A stretch of 64,000 nt of DNA from Octopus sinensis (taxonomy: Eukaryota): contig NC_043007.1 of NCBI RefSeq assembly GCF_006345805.1, forward strand, positions 32,302,001 through 32,366,000, written 5' to 3'. The position numbers and the translations under genes are program-made. The notes below the pieces were generated by a model that was not told where the DNA came from, searched no databases, and saw only the letters and a list, made by a program, of their open reading frames with translations. Position 1 is the stretch's first letter, and every line of letters starts with the position of its first letter. Below are positions 12,285 through 24,572 of the stretch, piece after piece.

Positions 12285-13132
12285 AACATGTGTTACTGTA
12301 GAAGGAAGAAGAACGTCTTTGATTCCATTTGCTAGACTCAACACATTTTGTTTTTACTCTGATTCAAACAGCAGGCTGTAAACAGACTGAAAATTACAAT
12401 TATTATGAATATCCTCAATTTTTTTTTTTTTTTCAAAACTATATTTAAACCCTTTCACTCTATTTTATGTTAATAACACAGCAGCTTGCAGAATGGATTT
12501 TTTTCTCCACTTCTCTTTTGTTCTATATCAGCACCATTAGTCGAAACACTATAATTTCTACAGAGGTTACAATTATTAATAATACGGTTGTCGTACATTT
12601 ATACCAATGTTCTTTCTCTGGCAGTTCAGTTACTCGAAATACTGTACAATTCTTCTTCCAGACATTTATGATTCCAGTTGTTTAGCCTTGAAATCCATTC
12701 ACAGTGTTTCCTCAATATATTGATTGTCTGTCTGTCTGGCAGAAGTTCTGTGATAATTTTAGCCTCACATAAATATTAATGCTACCTGTGTTTAGAAAGT
12801 TGGCCACATGCCACAAAGGTTTCACTTCCTTCTTGTTTTCCATTCATTCAAATATATACACACACACCTACCTATCTATCTATCTATATATAAATATATA
12901 TATATATATATACACACACACCTACCTATCTATCTATCTATATATAAATATATATATGTATATATATATATATATATACACATACAAACACACATGTATA
13001 TACACACACATATATATGTTTTTTCCTCAGAGGTATTTTTCTATTTCATATTTCTCATTTTTGATTATCTGAACAAATGATATGACATCATTGGCAGATT
13101 TTAAATACATATTTAGTCTACTTAGTACACAG

Positions 13133-13715
13133 TCATGGCTGTGTGGTAAGACATTTACTTCCCATCCACATGGTTCTGGGTTCAGTCCTATTGCATGGCA
13201 TGGCACCTTGGGCAAGTGTCTTCTACTATAGCTTCAAGCTGGCCAAAGCCTTGTGAGTGGATTTGGTAGATGGAAACTGAAAGAAGCCCATCATATGTAT
13301 ATAGGTGTAGGAGTGGCTGTCTAGTAAGTAGCTTGCTTACCAACCACATGGTTCGGGGTTCAGTCCCACTGTGTGGCACCTTGGGCAAGTGTCTTTTACT
13401 ATAGCCTCGGGCCAACCAAAGCCTTGTGAGTAGATCTGGTTGACGGAAACTGAAAGAAGCCTGTCGTATATATGTATATGTGTGTGTGTCTGTGTTTGTC
13501 CCCCCACCCCAACATTGCTTGACAACCAATGCTGGTATGTTTATGTCCCTCATAACTTAGCAGTTTGGCAAAAGAGACCAACAGAATAATTAACAGGCTT
13601 CAAAGAAAAAAAAAAGTCCTGGGGTTGATTTGTTCCTCTAAAATTCCTCAAGGCAATGCTCCAGCATGACCACAGTCTATTGTCTGGAACAACTAAAAAG
13701 AAAAGATAAAAAGAA
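13133..13715 (+). mobile_element. SINE family B head-half followed by a full SINE B
   Basis: Two successive heads (about 13135 and 13305); only the second has the 3' half. Confidence 0.8.
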
Positions 13716-14524
13716 AGAAAGGTTTACTGAAATATATTTTTATAGAAAGAGGTTGGTGCAGACTTTTCTACAAATTGCAAAAATAATCCTAGGCGCAGGT
13801 GTCTGCTCCCCAACCACATGGTTTTGGGTTCAGTTCCCCCGGGTAGCACCTTAGGCAAGTGTTTTCTACTGTCGCTCAGGGCCTGAGCCAACCAAAGCCT
13901 TGTGACTGGATTTGGCAGATGGAAACTGAAAGAAGCCTGTGTGTGTGTGTGTGTGTTACTGTCTTCTTATCGTTGTCATGCAAGCAGTGTCATTCATTTC
14001 TGTGAAAATGTGTCCGGTCATGTGGCAGCCATTACCTTAGTTGGAAACAGTTGAAGGTTGGCAACAGGAAAGGCATCTGGCTGTTGAAAATTGCAAATAT
14101 GAAAAAAAATGGACGTTAAAATGCTGCTGCTGTTGATGATGATGATGATGATGTTGATATTGTTTGTTCTGTATAATACAGATGATTACTTCTTGATTAT
14201 AGATTTTTATAAAGAAAGCAGTCAACATTAAAGATTATAGATTGTTTTTTTTGTGTTGTTGTTATCATCTAGCATTTCTTTGACTAACTATAGTGTTATT
14301 TTTAAGTACTTATTGAAATGAAAATATTTTCTGTTATTACAGAAAAACTACCTTGTATTGATTTTTCCATAAAAGTAGAGAGAAAAAGAACTAATGGCAT
14401 TTTAAATGTTTCTCTCTTGATATTTTGGCTATTTATTGATAAATGTTTTGAGAATTTTGGCTGTCAGTGACTGCAGATGCTCTTGTCTATATGGAATTTT
14501 ATATGAAAAGTGCATGCAGTGGTT

Positions 14525-15025
14525 GTCATCATCGTTTAATGTCCGTTTTCCATGCTGGCATGGGTTGGATGGTTTGACTGGGGACTGGCAAACCAGGAGG
14601 CTGCACCAGGCTCCAATCTGATCTGGCAGAGTTTCTACAGCTGGATGCCCTTCCTAACACCAACCACTTTGAGAGTGTAGTGGGTGCTTTTTACATGCCA
14701 CTGGCATGGGGGCCAGTGAGGCAGCACTGGCATTGACCACGCTCAAATGGTGCTTTTTATGTGCCACCAGCACGGGAACCAGTTGGGTGGCACTGGCATC
14801 AACCATGCTTGAATGGTGCTTTTTACATGCCACCTGCACGGGAGTCAGTCACGCAGCACTGGTATTGATCATGCTCAAATGGTGGTTTTTATGTGCCACC
14901 GGCACAGGAACCAGTCAGGTGGCACTGGCATTGGTCACACTTGAATGGTGCCTTTTATGTGCCACCAACACGAGAGACAGGCGGGTGGCACTGGCACGGG
15001 AGCCAGTCGGGTGGCACTGGCACAG
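14525..15025 (-). mobile_element. RTE 3'-UTR-derived element with internal 66-bp tandem array
   Basis: Tail catcatcgtttaatgtccgttttccatgc; units start at 14682, 14748, 14814, 14880, 14946 (period 66). Confidence 0.85.
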
Positions 15026-16679
15026 GAGCCAAAGGAGTTTTCAACTCGGTTTCAGTTCCTTATCAGAATTATTTTACCATACCCAATGTGATCGGGAAAT
15101 CCAGGGAATATGACACCTTAAAATTATCAGTATTTATTTACTTTTTTAAACCTGATACTTATTCTGTCATTCTCTTTTGTTGAACCACTAAGTTATGGGG
15201 ATGTAAACACACCAAGACCAGTTGTTAAGTGGTGAGGGGGGACAAACATATACATACACACAAGCTTCTTTCAGTCTCCATCTACCAAATCTACTCACAA
15301 GGCTTAGTAGAAGACACTTGTTCAATGTGACATGCAGTGGGACTGAACCTGGAACCACATGGTTGGGAAGCAAAGTTCTTAACCACACGGCTACAGTGAA
15401 TTCAAATACACCCAACTTCCAACCTCACATTCATAGATAAAATAGGAAACTGTGCGGAAGCCTGTAAGATGAAGGGTACTTGTAAAGTACTAGTAATTTA
15501 AATGTCCACCATTGTCACACTCTATCATGCCAATTCTGCCTGAAAATTCTGTTACAAATATACATGGCTGTGATATACTCAACCATTTACACATTAATTA
15601 GTAATTAATTCACATGATTGGCCCTGGCACTTTGGGTGCCATGTGGTGGTGTTAAACTTTCTCCACCTTGCATGCTCTTTCAATTATATCGCACCTGCCC
15701 GTCAAGGTATGGCATTATACAAAGTAACAGTAAATAAATATTTCTTCACCACTTCGATCGCTGTTCTTTCATCTTGCACATCTGCAACAGCAACACCCAT
15801 TACAATCGCTAACTGCCAACAACCAGCACTTATCACCTCAACTACTATTACAACTAGTGACCACTGACTCCACCTTAACCAACCGTTACAACAGCGTAAT
15901 GCCCTCTCCTGCTGTCGACTGTTTTAATGGAGCAAGTTGAATAGGTTTTTACATTAGCTTTCATTTGTAACAAACAAACAAGAGAAGTTGTTTCACCTAA
16001 TTTAGACACCTCCATTTCGTGTCTGCTAAGAATGCCAAGAATAAAAATGAGCCGAGTGTGTTGTTCTCCTCGTGCACTCACTGACTTGAACCAGCTTGAA
16101 TTACTAGTGATAAAAATTAAAACAGACCAACGATTTGGTGTTATATTACAATGGAAATTTTAAGCTTGTGGTAAACGTTTTGTTATATTATTGTTTTGCT
16201 ATTAAAGAAATTCTGACAGTCGTGTGATAGAGGCAGTATGGTGTCTCCCTGTCACCAAACCTTATCTGATTCCAAACAAGGTAATGTTTCCCCTTAGTCA
16301 GACATGTTTTTCTCAGAATATTAGAAATGAATGACATTGCTTGTATAACAGTGACACTCATTTACAATTACCATATGAGCAAACACATTTATGTCAAGCT
16401 TCTTTTAGTTTCCATTTACCAAATTCACCCATAAGGTTTTGGTTACCCTTGTGGCAGTGATAGAAGACACTTGCCCAAAGGTGCCACACAGTGGCACTGA
16501 ACCCAAAACCATGTGGTCCACACACCCTCTTTGAATTCAAATGCCCCCCCATCTCCCTCTGGTCCCACAAGGGTTGATAAAATACTGGTGTAGCTTCGTG
16601 GATCTTCATCAGTTTCATTGATGAGTACACAGTTAATTGATCATGTTGACTAATGACTGGCTCATTGCACTTTTATATT

Positions 16680-17048
16680 TTATTTAGTTTAGTCATTAGA
16701 CTGTGGCCATGCTGGGGCACCGCCTTGAATTTCCTTTTTGGTCAAATGAACCGACCCTGGTATTTTATCAGGCTCTTTTGCCAAATTGCTAAGTTAAGGG
16801 GGTGTAAACACTCCAATGCTGGCTGTGAAGCAATGGTGGGGGACAAACACACACTCATATATATATATACATATATATATATAATGGGCTTCTTTCAGTT
16901 TCCGTCAACCAAATCCATTGTCAAGGCCTTGGTCAGCCTGGGGCTTATAAAGTAAAAGACACTTACCCGAGGTGTCACATGGTGGGACTGAACCTGAAAC
17001 CATGTGGTTGGGAAGCAAGCTTCTTACCATGCAGCCACTCCTGTGCCT
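16680..17048 (-). mobile_element. SINE family B
   Basis: Reverse-oriented consensus from agtcattagactgtggccatgc to cagccactcctgtgcc. Confidence 0.8.
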
Positions 17049-17319
17049 ATGTGTAAAACAGCTAAACATTTCACAGCCATGTGCCCATGTCACCTTGTCC
17101 CTTGAGGGGCCACCTACACACCTTATCATCGCTATCCCTTCACAGCTACTACTGATTTTTTTTTTTCTCACTCTCTCCTCTAAATGTAAGTAGCCATGTA
17201 ACCCCTACAACAAGAACCTGCACTGCCCCAACCCCTTTCTCCCATACCTTAGCCCTCATCCTGTAGCATAAAGCTACCCTCTTATCTTAGGTTTCATGGT
17301 GCAGCACCTATGACTTTTG

Positions 17320-17440
17320 GAAACACTTTTTTCATGCTCAGAATTGTTGAAGCTTGGATAAACTACCCAGAGTGGTTTTTAGCTGTCAGAATACTGCACC
17401 CATCAAAAAAACTTCATGCTTCCTGAAATTCACCAACACC
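17320..17440 (+). mobile_element. CR1-like LINE 3' fragment (decayed)
   Basis: Aligns by eye to 59800-59930 (aaacacttttttcatgctcagaattgttgaagcttgg...cttcatgcttcctgaaattcaccaacac). Confidence 0.6.
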
Positions 17441-18639
17441 ACCACCACCACTACCACTATTATTATTATTATGTGCTGGACGAAATGTTTAACAGTATTT
17501 CACCTGTCACTACATTCTGAGTTCAAATTCCACTAGGGTCGACTTTGCCTTTCATCCTTCCAGGGTCGATTAAATAAGTACCAGTTATGCACTGGGGTCG
17601 ATGTAATCGACTTAATCCCTTCCCCCACATTTGAAGCCTTGTGCTTCCAGCAGAAAGGATTATTATCAAGATGATATTGGACAAATTAAAAAATTTTTAA
17701 ATCATCTTAATCATAGAAAACATGGCAATTTGTCTTTCTCCTCCTCCTCTTCAATCCTTACCATTCCCTCGATGACGCTGGATTAAGTCGTATCCACCAG
17801 CGAGGAGATAAGAAGATATTAAATGCTGGCTGCGTCTTGGGGATGTTAGCATATAACTTGCTTCGTGGATTAGTTTATGGCTTGTTAGCTTTGGAGATTT
17901 TAAAATGTTTTAAGCAGGTATGTGAATTGGCCAGGCCTACCAACTTCACAAACAGTTAGAGTAATCGCACCTCATAGATTGTATGGAGACATGAAGATGC
18001 AAGATGTTGCAGGGATTAGTTATGTCTGAAATATCTGCAAGTAAAAAAACATCGACTTTAATCCCAAGTGTCTGACATATAAAACACTCTAAGACAAGGA
18101 ACAAACAACTCGGCTTTTATGCCTGATAAATTTTATATTCTCTGTGATTATCATATCAATTTTATGCCGCTTTTACACGACACCACATGTATTTGTGTAC
18201 ATATGTATGTATATTTGTGTGCATGAACAGACATACACTTGCAGGGCTTCCCTACAGTTTCCAGATATCAATTGCAGTTGCAAGGCATTGATATCGACCT
18301 GAGAGTACCGTAGATAAGAATTTGTCCAAGTAGCAGGCAGGAAGGTAAAGCTGAACAATAGGAACCCCTAATCCGTACACACACATACCCAAACCCTCCA
18401 CCCTGCCACATCAATGCGTGCACAGATGTGAGTTTGTAGAATATCCTTCATAAAAGAGTATAATATTTAATCCGGGTTCCAGATTTGCTGGTTTTGCCGC
18501 TGCGTCAATTAACTTCTATCAGCATTTCAATGTAGCGTTTCTTTGTTTTGGAAATCTGAATTTAGAGAAAAAAAGAGTGTTTTTCATTTAGAACGAAAAC
18601 AAACCTGGTGGTAGCCATTATAGCATTATGTAATAATAA

Positions 18640-18910
18640 CCTTATGTATGTGTGTGTGTGTGTGTGTACATATCTGTGTGCATATATACATATGTAGGTA
18701 TATGTGTGTGTATGTCTGTTGTATATATATGTATGCGTGCATGTGTGTACATATCTGTGCATATGTGTATGTATGTAGGCATATGTGTATGTAAACGTGT
18801 GTGTATATCTGTTGTATATATATGTGTATCTGTGTGTATAATGTTTGTATGTATATGTATGTGTGTATACACACATACATATATATACATACATACACAC
18901 ATACATACCT
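18640..18910. repeat. Degenerate (TG)n/(TA)n microsatellite block
   Basis: Visible dinucleotide repeat; source of the spurious Y/I/C/V/H/T-rich ORFs in the track. Confidence 0.95.
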
Positions 18911-19194
18911 CAACTTACATTGGTGGTAACTGGTTCCAAAACGTGGCTTAACTCCAAAAAAAAACTGAAGCAGCACAAAAAAGGCAGTTTTTCCAATCTA
19001 TTTGTATACTAATGATTTAGTTTAATAAATGATTTCTATATATTTTCACCTGCATTTCGTTTAATTCCACCCCCCCCCCATCCGCTGTCGAGTTTCTCTC
19101 TCTATTTATCAATATGGTTGATAGTCTCTTTGTCTTTGACTTGTCACTTTCTTCCCAGGATTGCAATACCACAAAACCATTGGCAATATGCAAA

Positions 19195-19510
19195 TTATCA
19201 TCATCATCATCCTTGCTGTCATTGTATCCCTTGCTGTCAACATCGTTATCCTTATCAGTATCACCATCATCTCTATCTTTGTCATCATCATTATCCTTAT
19301 CGGTGTCATCATTGTCATCTTTATCCTTGTCATCGTTGTCGTCGTCATCATTATCCTTATCAGTGTCACCATCATCTTTATCTTTGTCATCGTTGTATCC
19401 TTGTTGTCATCACCATTATCCTTATCGGTGTCATCATTGCCATCGTCATCACCATTGTCATTGTCATCTTTATCCTTGTCGTCATCACCATCTTCATCGT
19501 CATTGTCCAA
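19195..19510. repeat. Degenerate (ATC/GTC)-based higher-order minisatellite
   Basis: Recurring sub-units ttatccttatc(g/a)gtgtca and tctttatc(c/t)ttgtcatc; minus strand reads as D/K/N-rich peptide with a 1-nt frameshift near 19397. Confidence 0.85.
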
Positions 19511-19729
19511 GAACTGAAACCAAAATTTTGTGATGATGAAAGGTTAGAGTGTGGTAGACAGACAGAAACAGGTGTCGTGTGAAATTGTTATGGTGGGGCA
19601 TCATTAAAAAAAAAAAATGTCATTTAAATAAATAAAAAAAAAACTGTAAAAACATTTTCTCCAGACTTTTTTTCAAATCGAATATCACACAGGACTTCAG
19701 TTGGGATTCTTTTTTCTCTCGTTTTGCAG

Positions 19730-19854
19730 GCAATATTTTTGGCATGACGAAAAGGGCAAGAAGTTCAAGTGTACAGCTCCAGAATATGTAGATTATGTTA
19801 TGTCATTTATCCAGAAGGATATTCTAGAAGAATCCATTTTCCCAACAAAGTTTG
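19730..19854 (+). CDS. MOB2: MOB kinase activator 2, penultimate coding exon
   Basis: Acceptor ttttgcag|G (AG 19728-19729), donor G|gtaagt (19855); encodes QYFWHDEKGKKFKCTAPEYVDYVMSFIQKDILEESIFPTKF, matching MOB2 QYYWYDERGKKVKCTAPQYVDFVM...FPTKYG; 125 nt. Confidence 0.95.
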
Positions 19855-20634
19855 GTAAGTGTAAAAGATTTTCTTTCATATGGCGTTTCCTTCGTTTATT
19901 ATCTCCGACTTTGCTAAGGCAGACGTGTTTGTCCGTGGATGAGATATCTCAAGAACCACTGGATGGATTCAGACAAAACTCTCAGGGATGTTTGGTTTCA
20001 TGACTGGCACGAACTGATTAGATTTTTGGAATCAATCCAGTACTGGACAAGGATTCTGGATTATTTATCCATTTTTTTTTTTTTTTACTTAATTTTTGAG
20101 AGCAATCAGGTTCATTTTTAGTATTCTCATTTCCATGCTTCAGCAGTCACGTTTATTTCAGATATTCTCATTTTAAAAATCATCTCCGGCTAATTGTTGA
20201 GAAGATGTTGCCTTGGCGGAGGTTTGCACTCTGAGTGCTCTTATTTATTTATTGGTACTTTTTGGGGTTTTTTTTTTTCCTTTTTATTTATTGCTTTACC
20301 ATTCTCAGTGTTAGTATAGTAACAGTTTAACTAGGAGTGTCGTAGTTACTTCCCTTGTTAACGACGTATCTGCTTCTTTTGTGACTCCTTCTGGGATGTT
20401 GAATAAGAGATCCCTTCCTTGAAAACCTGGTGAAGGTTAGTGCCAGGAAAGACAATATCTCAATAATATATCCATCTATCCCATGGAAACATTAGCATAA
20501 AACGAACGAACATATAGTTTCATTTTTACAGATTTTAACGATTCAACAAAGAAGTTCCATTCAAAGCTCTTCTGCAACAAACTAGTTTGAATTTATAAAT
20601 GCAGTTGAATAAAGCTGTTGGGTCTGTAATCATA

Positions 20635-20890
20635 TTTGTTTGTTTGTTTCTTCTTGAGCCATGCCTGGCTCATAAGGGCCGATTTCCCGGTTTCCTTGGC
20701 GTATAGGTTCCCCACCTGGACGGGATGCCGGTCTGTTGCAGGTGAGCTGCAAGATGCAGGAGGAAAGAGTGAGAGAAAGTTGTGGTGAAAGAGTCAGCAG
20801 AAGTTTGCCATTATCTTCTGCCAGAGTCGTGTGGAGCTTAGGTGTTTCGCTCATAAAACACACACATCACCTGGTCTGTGATTCGAACCC
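20635..20890 (-). mobile_element. SINE family C-related element, antisense in the last MOB2 intron
   Basis: Shares cctggctcat..ggcc..tttcccggtttc...ctggacgggatgcc with 44940-45200; B-box-like gattcgaacccc at about 20880. Confidence 0.7.
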
Positions 20891-21595
20891 CTGAGTAATC
20901 ATATTTAACTTGTATTAAGTCCTGTTTTTGATATCTGGTCTCCTTTAGTCTTTCATTCAACAACTGTCATATCTCACCATCATCATCTAACGTCTGCTTT
21001 CCATGATGGCATGGGTCAGACATGTTGACAGGAACAAACGAGCTAGAAGAATGTATTGAGCTCCAACGTTAACTTTGGCCCAATTTCTATGCACATTATA
21101 CATACACACCTCTGAGAGTTTTTAAAGACTCTACATAACTTTACCTTCATATGTTAAAATGAATGAAAAAGAAATTTGGCTTTGATTACAGAGACTATTT
21201 ATCTCCCCTTACACTAAATGTATGTGTAGTATATATATCTAATGCTTGTCAACGAGGGGCTCTGCTCTGTCAACCTTCTCCCCAGCCACCAACATTTCAT
21301 TCCCTAACACTTAAAGAGCACTGGTGATGTTGCCGCATAAAAGGCACCCACTACATTCTGTAAAGTGGCTGGCATCTGTAGAAACTCTGTAAAGGGCATC
21401 CAGCTGCAGAAACTCTGCCAAAACAGACAGTGAAGCCTGGTACAACTTCTGGCCTTGTCAGCTCTTGTCAGACAGTTCCAACCCGTGGAAAATAAAAGTT
21501 AAATGATGATGATGGGTTAACATATATCTAATGTATATTTGTGATTCTAAAACATAACAAATAACTGAAATCTTGTCATTTGTTCTTCATTGCAG

Positions 21596-21978
21596 GCAAT
21601 GCTTTCCCCAGTACGTTCCAAATGATAGTGAAGAGGATCCACCGCTACCTGTTCCACGTGTTAGCTCACATATACCATGCTCATTACAATGAAGTGCACA
21701 TCCTTGGCCTTCACGGTCACCTGAATACACTCTTTGCACATTTCATGGTCTTCAACCTTCGCTATGACTTGCTAGAAGAAAAAGAGACCGATGTGCTCCA
21801 AGACTTGATAAAGGCCCTGACCACATTTGTACCTGCTGAAACTATGAACCCCTTGACTTCGACGTCTGGGGAAGAGGGCGCAGCAGATAGTGACAATACT
21901 GCCCAAGCGACAGCAACGGCAGGACCGCTTGTATCATCTTCCACGAATGAATTAGAAACAGAAGTGACACAAACTTAA
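21596..21978 (+). CDS. MOB2: MOB kinase activator 2, last coding exon
   Basis: Acceptor ttcattgcag|GC completes Gly (phase matches previous exon); NAFPSTFQMIVKRIHRYLFHVLAHIYHAH...LHGHLNTLFAHF...EKETDVLQDL matches the MOB2 C-terminus; TAA at 21976-21978. Confidence 0.95.
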
Positions 21979-23129
21979 TGATTGCTAGCTTTACACCTTC
22001 CACATATTAGAGAGGGGGCAGGAAGGGGAGGAATAGATTGAAACAAACAAACAACAAAAGAAAACAACAAGGAAACAAAACAACAACCATGAAAATGGTA
22101 ACAAAAAATATTCAAAAAAAAAAAAGAAAAGAAAAGAAAAGGTGTAGTAAGCTGTAGAAGCTGCAACATGAAGAACAAGAATATAATTCTATTTTACTGC
22201 AAATTGTTCAGTCAGATCTCAAGCGCATGTTCTGCTCGTGTGTGTGTGTGTGTGTGTTTGCTTTGATAATAGCCAGCTTCCTCTCTGTTTTGTGTACAGC
22301 AATAATAACAAACGATCCCATTGATTAGAAGTAGAGAAGAAAAGAAAGAAAATGACGGAGCATTGGACAGTGTCCAGGAGAGAAATCCCCCTCCCCCACC
22401 CCTTTTGGAACCCCCTAATTCAAAAGTCGTGGCTGTAGTCTTCGTTCTACATCAAACCGAAAGGATCAGGAAAAAAAGAAAAAAAAACTTAGGCGAAAAA
22501 ATTTTTCAAGAAGAAACAAAAGTGATATTCTGTGTGAGCGAGTGCGTGATGGTGATTGCATGTGTACATGTGCGTAAGGCCATGTGGATACAGTCACACA
22601 TGCATGTCTAGGGCTATTCTTCCAATTACCATGTAGCCATTTTTGTTGGGTTTTTTTTTTTTCTTATACGTGACAAAACATGAAAAGCTGCACCAAATGG
22701 GATCAGATATTTATTTTCATTTTTTGACATTTGTTATTTATTTTTTATCTTCAACTACCCCCACCCCTTTCCCCTCCCCACTAAACGTGTTTAAGTTAAC
22801 ATATGTGCACACACACACACGCTAACACTCAATCACACACACACCTCAATGATGTATGTATAAATATACCCCATACATTTGTATGTGTTTTTGACATACA
22901 CACACCTATACACACAGACACACACCTAATTGATTAGAAGAAGCTACATCCTCTCGGCTCCCTTGTTGCTGTTTCCGTGTCCCCTTCACTTTTCCAGAAA
23001 TCTCTACTGACACTGGAATCCAATCAGTGGAATCCATCCTTGAAGATAAAAAAAAAAAAACCCAAACTCAAGAACAACAAAAATCTTATCTCTAACTTAT
23101 TTATAATTAATTCTTTAATTCTATGATAA

Positions 23130-23135
23130 AATAAA
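23130..23135 (+). promoter_or_regulatory. Candidate MOB2 polyadenylation signal (AATAAA)
   Basis: First AATAAA I found downstream of the stop, followed by U-rich sequence; implies a 3' UTR of about 1.2 kb. Not verified. Confidence 0.35.
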
Positions 23136-23755
23136 AACCAAATACAAAAAAATGTTTCATTTCTATTAAATTTCCTGGAATATTTTTAACTTATTAAACT
23201 ACATTTATGAATGATTTAAGATTTTCAATGTAAAATTGTATTAAACATTGCCAGCACTGATCTAAGGCAGAAAAAAAAACAAGTCCACCTGCAGGACTTG
23301 AACCATGTATCCCTCATTCACCTGATGGCCACACTATTAATTATACTACAGAGATTAATCCTCTGTCCTCCTTTCTGTCTCAAATTTGTGCTTGTAATGT
23401 TTAAATTATTTCTATTCACCTGTTTTGATAATTATTATATTTGTTCATGTTTGATAATTTATGTTTAATAATTATTGTCTTAACACACACTTAATGGTTA
23501 GTCTCTGTTAATCCTTAAGGAGAATAAGAATGGTTTCTTGGATCTCTGGTTTATATATTCCATTCCTCCCTGGACGGGACACAGGGGTATTCATTTTTAC
23601 CAGCTCAGCGAACTAGCACAATGTGAAATGAAATGCATTGCTCAAGAATATAATTTATTGCCAGGTCCAGGGATTGAAACCACAGACTTGTGATCATGAA
23701 TCCTAACCATTAAGCTACGTGTCACTCTCTCTATATATATGTATATAGATATCTA

Positions 23756-24083
23756 TATATTGTATAAAGGATCAAGGGTAAGGCCAGAACAATGCAAAGT
23801 AAATGCAAGGTAAATCCCAAGAAAACAAATATATGAATTAATGTAGACTTACCTTGCATTCAATATTTCGGGGTTATGACCCCATTTTCAAGAAATTAAT
23901 AAATGTTGGTGATGTGTGTGTACACACGCACATCGCCAACATTCGTTAATTCGGGTCATAACCCCAAAATATTGAATGCAAGGTAAGTCTAGATTAATTC
24001 GTATATTTGTTTTCTTGTGATTTACCTTGCATTTACTTCCCAATGTTTTGGCCTGCCTTACCCACGATCCTTTATACAATATA
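23756..24083. mobile_element. Spacerless fold-back (palindromic) element, probable MITE
   Basis: Left arm tatattgtataaaggatc...cttaccttgcattcaatatttcggggttatgaccc is mirrored by gggtcataaccccaaaatattgaatgcaaggtaag...gatcctttatacaatata; centre at 23921/23922. Confidence 0.9.
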
Positions 24084-24329
24084 CTCTACACAATGTTTCA
24101 TAGTAATTATTCTATATACATACATACACATACATACATACATATATACATGCATATATATGCATACATATATACATGCATATATATATACATATACACA
24201 CATACATACATGCACATACATGCATACATATATATACATACACATACATATATATATATACATATATACATACATATACATACATACATACATACATATA
24301 CATACATACTCATACATACATATACATAC

Positions 24330-24572
24330 AGGTGCCGGTGGCACGTAAAAGCACCATCCGTTCGTGGCCGTTTGCCAGCTCCGTCTGGCACCTGTGCGGG
24401 TGGCACGTAAAAAGCACCCACTACACTCGCGGAGTGGTTGGCGTTAGGAAGGGCATCCAGCCGTAGAAACACTGCCAGATCTGACTGGGCTTGATGCAGC
24501 CTTCTGGCTTCACAGACCCCAGCTGAACCGTCCAACCCATGCTAGCATGGAAAACGGACGCTAAATGATGAT
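24330..24572 (+). mobile_element. RTE 3'-UTR-derived element (two structured sub-units)
   Basis: gtgccggtggcacgtaaaagcacc x2, then ...ggcgttaggaagggcatccagc...aaatgatgatg tail. Further copies at about 9465, 21330, 24937, 26680, 28500, 35335, 39585, 43280, 48870, 52550, 53320, 61565. Confidence 0.85.

Noticed and set aside
12460-12850. Coding-looking unique sequence, checked for upstream MOB2 exons
   Set aside because: No frame that I translated resembles the MOB2 N-terminal half (NEWLA, FF.HINL.Y, EFC); the upstream exons are probably outside the window or were missed.
14682-15025. Regularly spaced hairpin repeats superficially like a CRISPR array
   Set aside because: Whole 66-bp units are homologous with no unique spacers, there are no cas genes, and the array lies inside a eukaryotic retroelement UTR.
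17768-17808. CGATGAC-GCTGG...CCAGC-GAGG, hammerhead-like
   Set aside because: Both catalytic boxes are broken (no CUGANGA, no GAAA) and I could not find stems I or III.
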